Of a stretch of 64,000 nt of DNA, positions 60,166 through 64,000 are shown in pieces. Numbering within the stretch: the first letter of the stretch is position 1; each line of letters begins with the position of its first letter. The stretch comes from Ranitomeya imitator. Taxonomy: Eukaryota. The notes beneath the pieces are model-generated. The model saw only the letters and a program-made list of their open reading frames with translations. It was not told the DNA's origin and ran no database searches. Location: NCBI RefSeq assembly GCF_032444005.1, contig NC_091287.1:83204001-83268000 (forward strand), written 5' to 3'. The translations under genes and the position numbers were made by a program.

Positions 60166-60466
60166 TAATCAAACATAAAAATTCCAGCAACAGACATCCA
60201 AAATCAGGTTATTGAGTGGACGATAAAAACTTCACTTTATTACAATGCCTTTAAAAACATGGTGCTAAAATAGTGAGTGAGGGAATACGCGTTTAGAACA
60301 AAAGTGTTATGGTTATGATTAAGAACACTTTTGTTCGAAACGCGTAATCCCTCACTCACTATTTTAACAGCATGTTTTTAAAGGCATTGTAATAAAATGA
60401 ATTTTTTAAAGTCCACTCAATAACTTGATTTTGGATGTCTGTTGCTGGAACTTTTTTGTTTGACTA
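60166..60466. repeat. 301-bp palindrome (143-bp arms, 15-nt loop) centred on a hammerhead-like motif
   Basis: 60166-60308 vs the reverse complement of 60324-60466: about 12 mismatches counted by eye. Confidence 0.92.
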
Positions 60467-60614
60467 TAAGTAAACACAGTCTAGGTAGACAGAACCTGGT
60501 TGTTCAGCTAGAGTGTTTTTGTGTGTGTGTGTCAGTTTGCCACAATGGCAGATAAAACATATGTTCCATCATGTCAAATATAATGTAGCTGCTGCTTTGT
60601 TTTAATATTGTAGT

Positions 60615-62745
60615 TAATAATAATCTTTATTTATATAGCACCAACATATTCCAAAATGCTTTACAATTCTGCAGTTCATACACAACAGTCATAAGTAACA
60701 AAGTTAAAGATAATACAATGATTAAAGCAACGATAATGGCGATTCACATAAGAGCTTACAATCTACAATGAGGTGGGAGAAACACAAAGTACAGGTGCTT
60801 ATTTATAATGATGGTCCAGTCATCCTGAGGAAATGGGGGATCGATAAAGGCTGCATGAGCTAGTCACCAGCCAATATTTGTAATGCTATTGGGTGCAATG
60901 GAGTTTGATGGAGAATTATGTTCAGAGAAGTAGAGAATGGACGATATATCAAAGGACTTCGATTAGGGACTGTGATAGGCCACCCTAAACAGATGTGTTT
61001 TTAGAGAGAGCCTAAAACTGTATAAGTTTTGGTTAGTCATAATTTTGGGGGGGCAGAGTATTCCAGAGTATTGGTACCACTCGGTAGAAGTCTTGGAGCC
61101 GGGATTGGGAGGTACGGATTAGTGCTGATGTTAGTCAAAAGTTGCTTTCGGAGCGTAATGAGTGGATAGATGGATAAACAGAAATTAGGGAGGAAATGTA
61201 AAGGGGTGTCACACTGTGCAGAGCTTTGTCAGTGAGAACAAGCTTAAATTGAATCCTATAATGTATGGGCAGCAAATGCAATGTCTGGCACAGAGCGGAG
61301 GAGTCTGAGTAACGATTGGCCAGATAGATGACCCTGGCTGTTGCATTAAGGATGGACTGAAGAGGGGAAAGCTGAGTGAGGGGGAGGCCAATTAATAGAG
61401 AATTGCAGTAGTCAAGTAGGGAGTGGATCAGGGCAAAAGTGTTGGTTTTGGTTGTTTCCATGGTGAGAAAGGGGTGGATTCTAGAGATGCTCTTTAGGTG
61501 CAAGCAGCAAGAGCGGGCAAGAGATTGTAGTTTGTATATAGGAGGAAAGATTGATGTCAAACATAACAGCTAGACAGCGAGCCTCATGCCTAGGCGCTAT
61601 TGTGGTGACACACATGGATAGGGAGATTTCAGATTTTGGGAGATCAGTAGATGGCGGGAGCAAAAGTTCAGTTTTGGAAAGATTGAATTTGGGGTAAGGT
61701 CAGGGGAAGAAGTGTATAGTTGTGTGTCATCAGCCTAAAGATGGTACTGAAAGCCAAATTTGCTGATGGTCTGTCCAATTGGGGCCGTGTAGAGAGAAAA
61801 GAGAAGAGGACCAAGGACTGAACCCTGAGGGACCCCAATAGTGAGAGGAAGAAAAGAAGTGGAGTCGTCATAAAGATGTGAAGAGATCCAGAAAAGAGAA
61901 GTGTCCTTTATGCCTATTGAGTGGAGCATAGAGAGTAGGAGGTGGTGGTTAAAAGTATCGAAAGCTGAAGAGAGGTCTAGAAGAATGAGCAGAGAATGGT
62001 CCCCATTTTGTTTTGCTCTCAAAAGGTTATTGGTCACTTTGATGAGTGCAATTTCTATAGAATGCAGACTCTCTAGGAGAGAGTAAGTGGAAAAGTAACG
62101 GGTAATGCGGGAGTAGACCAGGTGCTCCAAGAGTTTAGAGATGAAAGGGAGATTTGAGAGTTGTCGGTAGTTATTTCTGCAGGATGAGTCGATAGTGGGC
62201 TTTTTAATAATAGACTAATGATATAGTGTTTGAAAGAGGAGGGGAAAATACCACAAGAGAGGGCGAGACTGTAGATTTTACGTAGGTGCGCAGTGACGAC
62301 TAGAGAGAAAGACTTGAGTTGGTGTGAGGGAATGGGGTCAGTAGTGCATGTAGTAAGATGAGAAGAAGAAAGCAACCGGGAGACTTCTTCATCTGTGATG
62401 GGGTCGAATATGGAGATTGAGCCAGCGGAGATGTGGTGAGGGGAGAGAGTCACGGCACTTGGTGGTTGGGAGTTGATTTACTGACGGATGCTTTCTTTTT
62501 TCTCTGTTAAGTATGAGGCCAGATCATCAGCACAAATGTCTATCATAGGAGTCTGTGATTCCAGACTAAGGAGAGAGTGAAAAGTGTCAAAGAGTTTTTT
62601 TGGGGGGTTGTTTGATAGTGAGGAGATCAGGGTGGTGAAGTTGGTCTGTTTGTCAAGGTGATTGGCAGAGTTGTAGGTTCTTAACATAAATTTATAATGG
62701 ATAAAGTTTTCTGATGTGCGAGTTTTCCTTCATAGGAGTTCGGCA
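60615..62745 (-). mobile_element. Degenerate L2 LINE (RT region with frameshifts, plus 3' tail)
   Basis: LILLDLSSAFDT, GVPQGSVLGPLLFSLYT and LIHSLLDYCNSLLIGLP peptides in different frames; (TAA)n-TCTTTATT tail at 60615. Confidence 0.92.
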
Positions 62746-63159
62746 TTCCTAGTTGTAGTTGTCGGATCATTGGGTCTGAAAGGATCAGGTATCCTAGTCA
62801 GTTGTGCAGTCAATAGGCATCCACTAGGCAAAGGTTTTGCAAAACATGTATTACTGAGTTTATCCTAGTAGAAAGCCTATATACACTCTATTTTGTAAAA
62901 CTGAAAATATATAACAAAAAAGTATGGCTATTCAATAGTCATCTCTGTGCTTGATGGTAGCAATACACTTATCATCCCACAAGTATCCCAGCAAACAGCT
63001 TGCCATGCTTGCCATCTCAACTGAAGGACCAATTGGTTCATATTAATCATTCCACTGCAACAATTGTTCCTTTACGCTGCTCATACAATTTCTCCAACAC
63101 ATTCAGTGGAGAGCGGAGACCACTCTGTGGTCTGCACTGCACTGCAACTAAGAAACTAA

Positions 63160-63782
63160 AGTTGCACTCTGTAACATTATAGAATGCAAACATGAATATT
63201 TAAAAAAAAAGCTAAAATAAAGATACTCAGTGCATAATTTGGCCAATTCATGTGTTCCCAACTGCCAACAACAAGGTGACCTTCTTTGCTGGGAACCTAA
63301 CCTAATATGAAGCATCTCTTGTGCGGATAGCCTACAATTAGATGGGTAGGTAGGAATGAGCTTTGATTAAACTCATTGTAGGCTAATGGGTGGAGTGCTC
63401 TGTCGGAAAGCCTGTGTATATCAAAGATTGACCGTCACTTCCAAATGGAAAAAAGGGGTGAACAGGTGCAAGGTATGAGAGGTAGTCTTTGATATTTGTA
63501 TGCACAGGCTCTCTGACTGAGACTTCACCCATCTGCCTATGGTGGTTTTAATCACAACTCGATCCTATCTACCCATAAAATTGTAGGCTATCAGACCAAG
63601 AGAGGTTTCATATTAGGTTAGGTTAACAGCAAAGAAGGTTGCCTTGTTGATGGCAGTTGGGCACACATGAATTGGCCAGTTTATGCACTAATTATCTTCA
63701 TTTTAGCTTTGTTTCTAAAGGAGCTATGCAATTTCAATTTCATATATTCCATGTTTGCATACCATAGTGTTACTGAGTGCAG
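63160..63782. repeat. ~620-bp degenerate foldback (arms ~270-300 bp, loop ~54 nt)
   Basis: For example GGCCAATTCATGTGTTCCCAACTGCC...AACCTAACCTAATATGA (63241-63310) pairs with 63608-63677. Confidence 0.85.
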
Positions 63783-64000
63783 CATTAATATGTTAGTTAC
63801 ATATGGAAGTGGCTCTATTATCTTTCACCTGTTCACACCTGTTTTTCTGTTTGGAAATGACAGTCAGTGTTTGATATTTGTACGCACCTCACTATAGGCA
63901 CCTGGAGTAGACGCTATAGACAGGAATAATTCATGAGTTTTACAGTTCATTTTTTTATTATGAAATCAAGGAGGACATTTTAATACTCCACTGTCCTAAT

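Overview
Eukaryotic, repeat-dense window. The repeat families look like those of a frog genome; that is inferred from recalled repeat types, not from a database search. No host protein-coding gene could be identified, so this looks like a large intron or gene desert, with several unique AT-rich stretches that may be conserved non-coding elements. Main content: (i) the right part of a large hAT-type DNA element (1-6658) carrying related 119-bp and 128-bp tandem arrays, with a young 5'-truncated CR1 LINE inserted into it (RT frame uninterrupted); (ii) a full-length, nearly intact DD34D mariner (33719-35014) with perfect 29-bp TIRs and one homopolymer frameshift; (iii) many MITEs (hAT type with 8-bp TSDs, TTAA-flanked Kolobok/T2-like and piggyBac-like), Tc1 relics, three tRNA-derived SINEs, L2 and CR1 fragments, a solo LTR and a hAT transposase C-terminal relic; (iv) a 250-N assembly gap. 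Most interesting signals: four dispersed minimal type-I hammerhead-ribozyme-like motifs of the Penelope type (29895, 37045, 47388, 60315), whose differences from consensus are often CpG decay, one of them at the centre of a 300-bp palindrome; and consensus 5' splice sites placed symmetrically on both arms of the palindromic cores of several unrelated MITE families.
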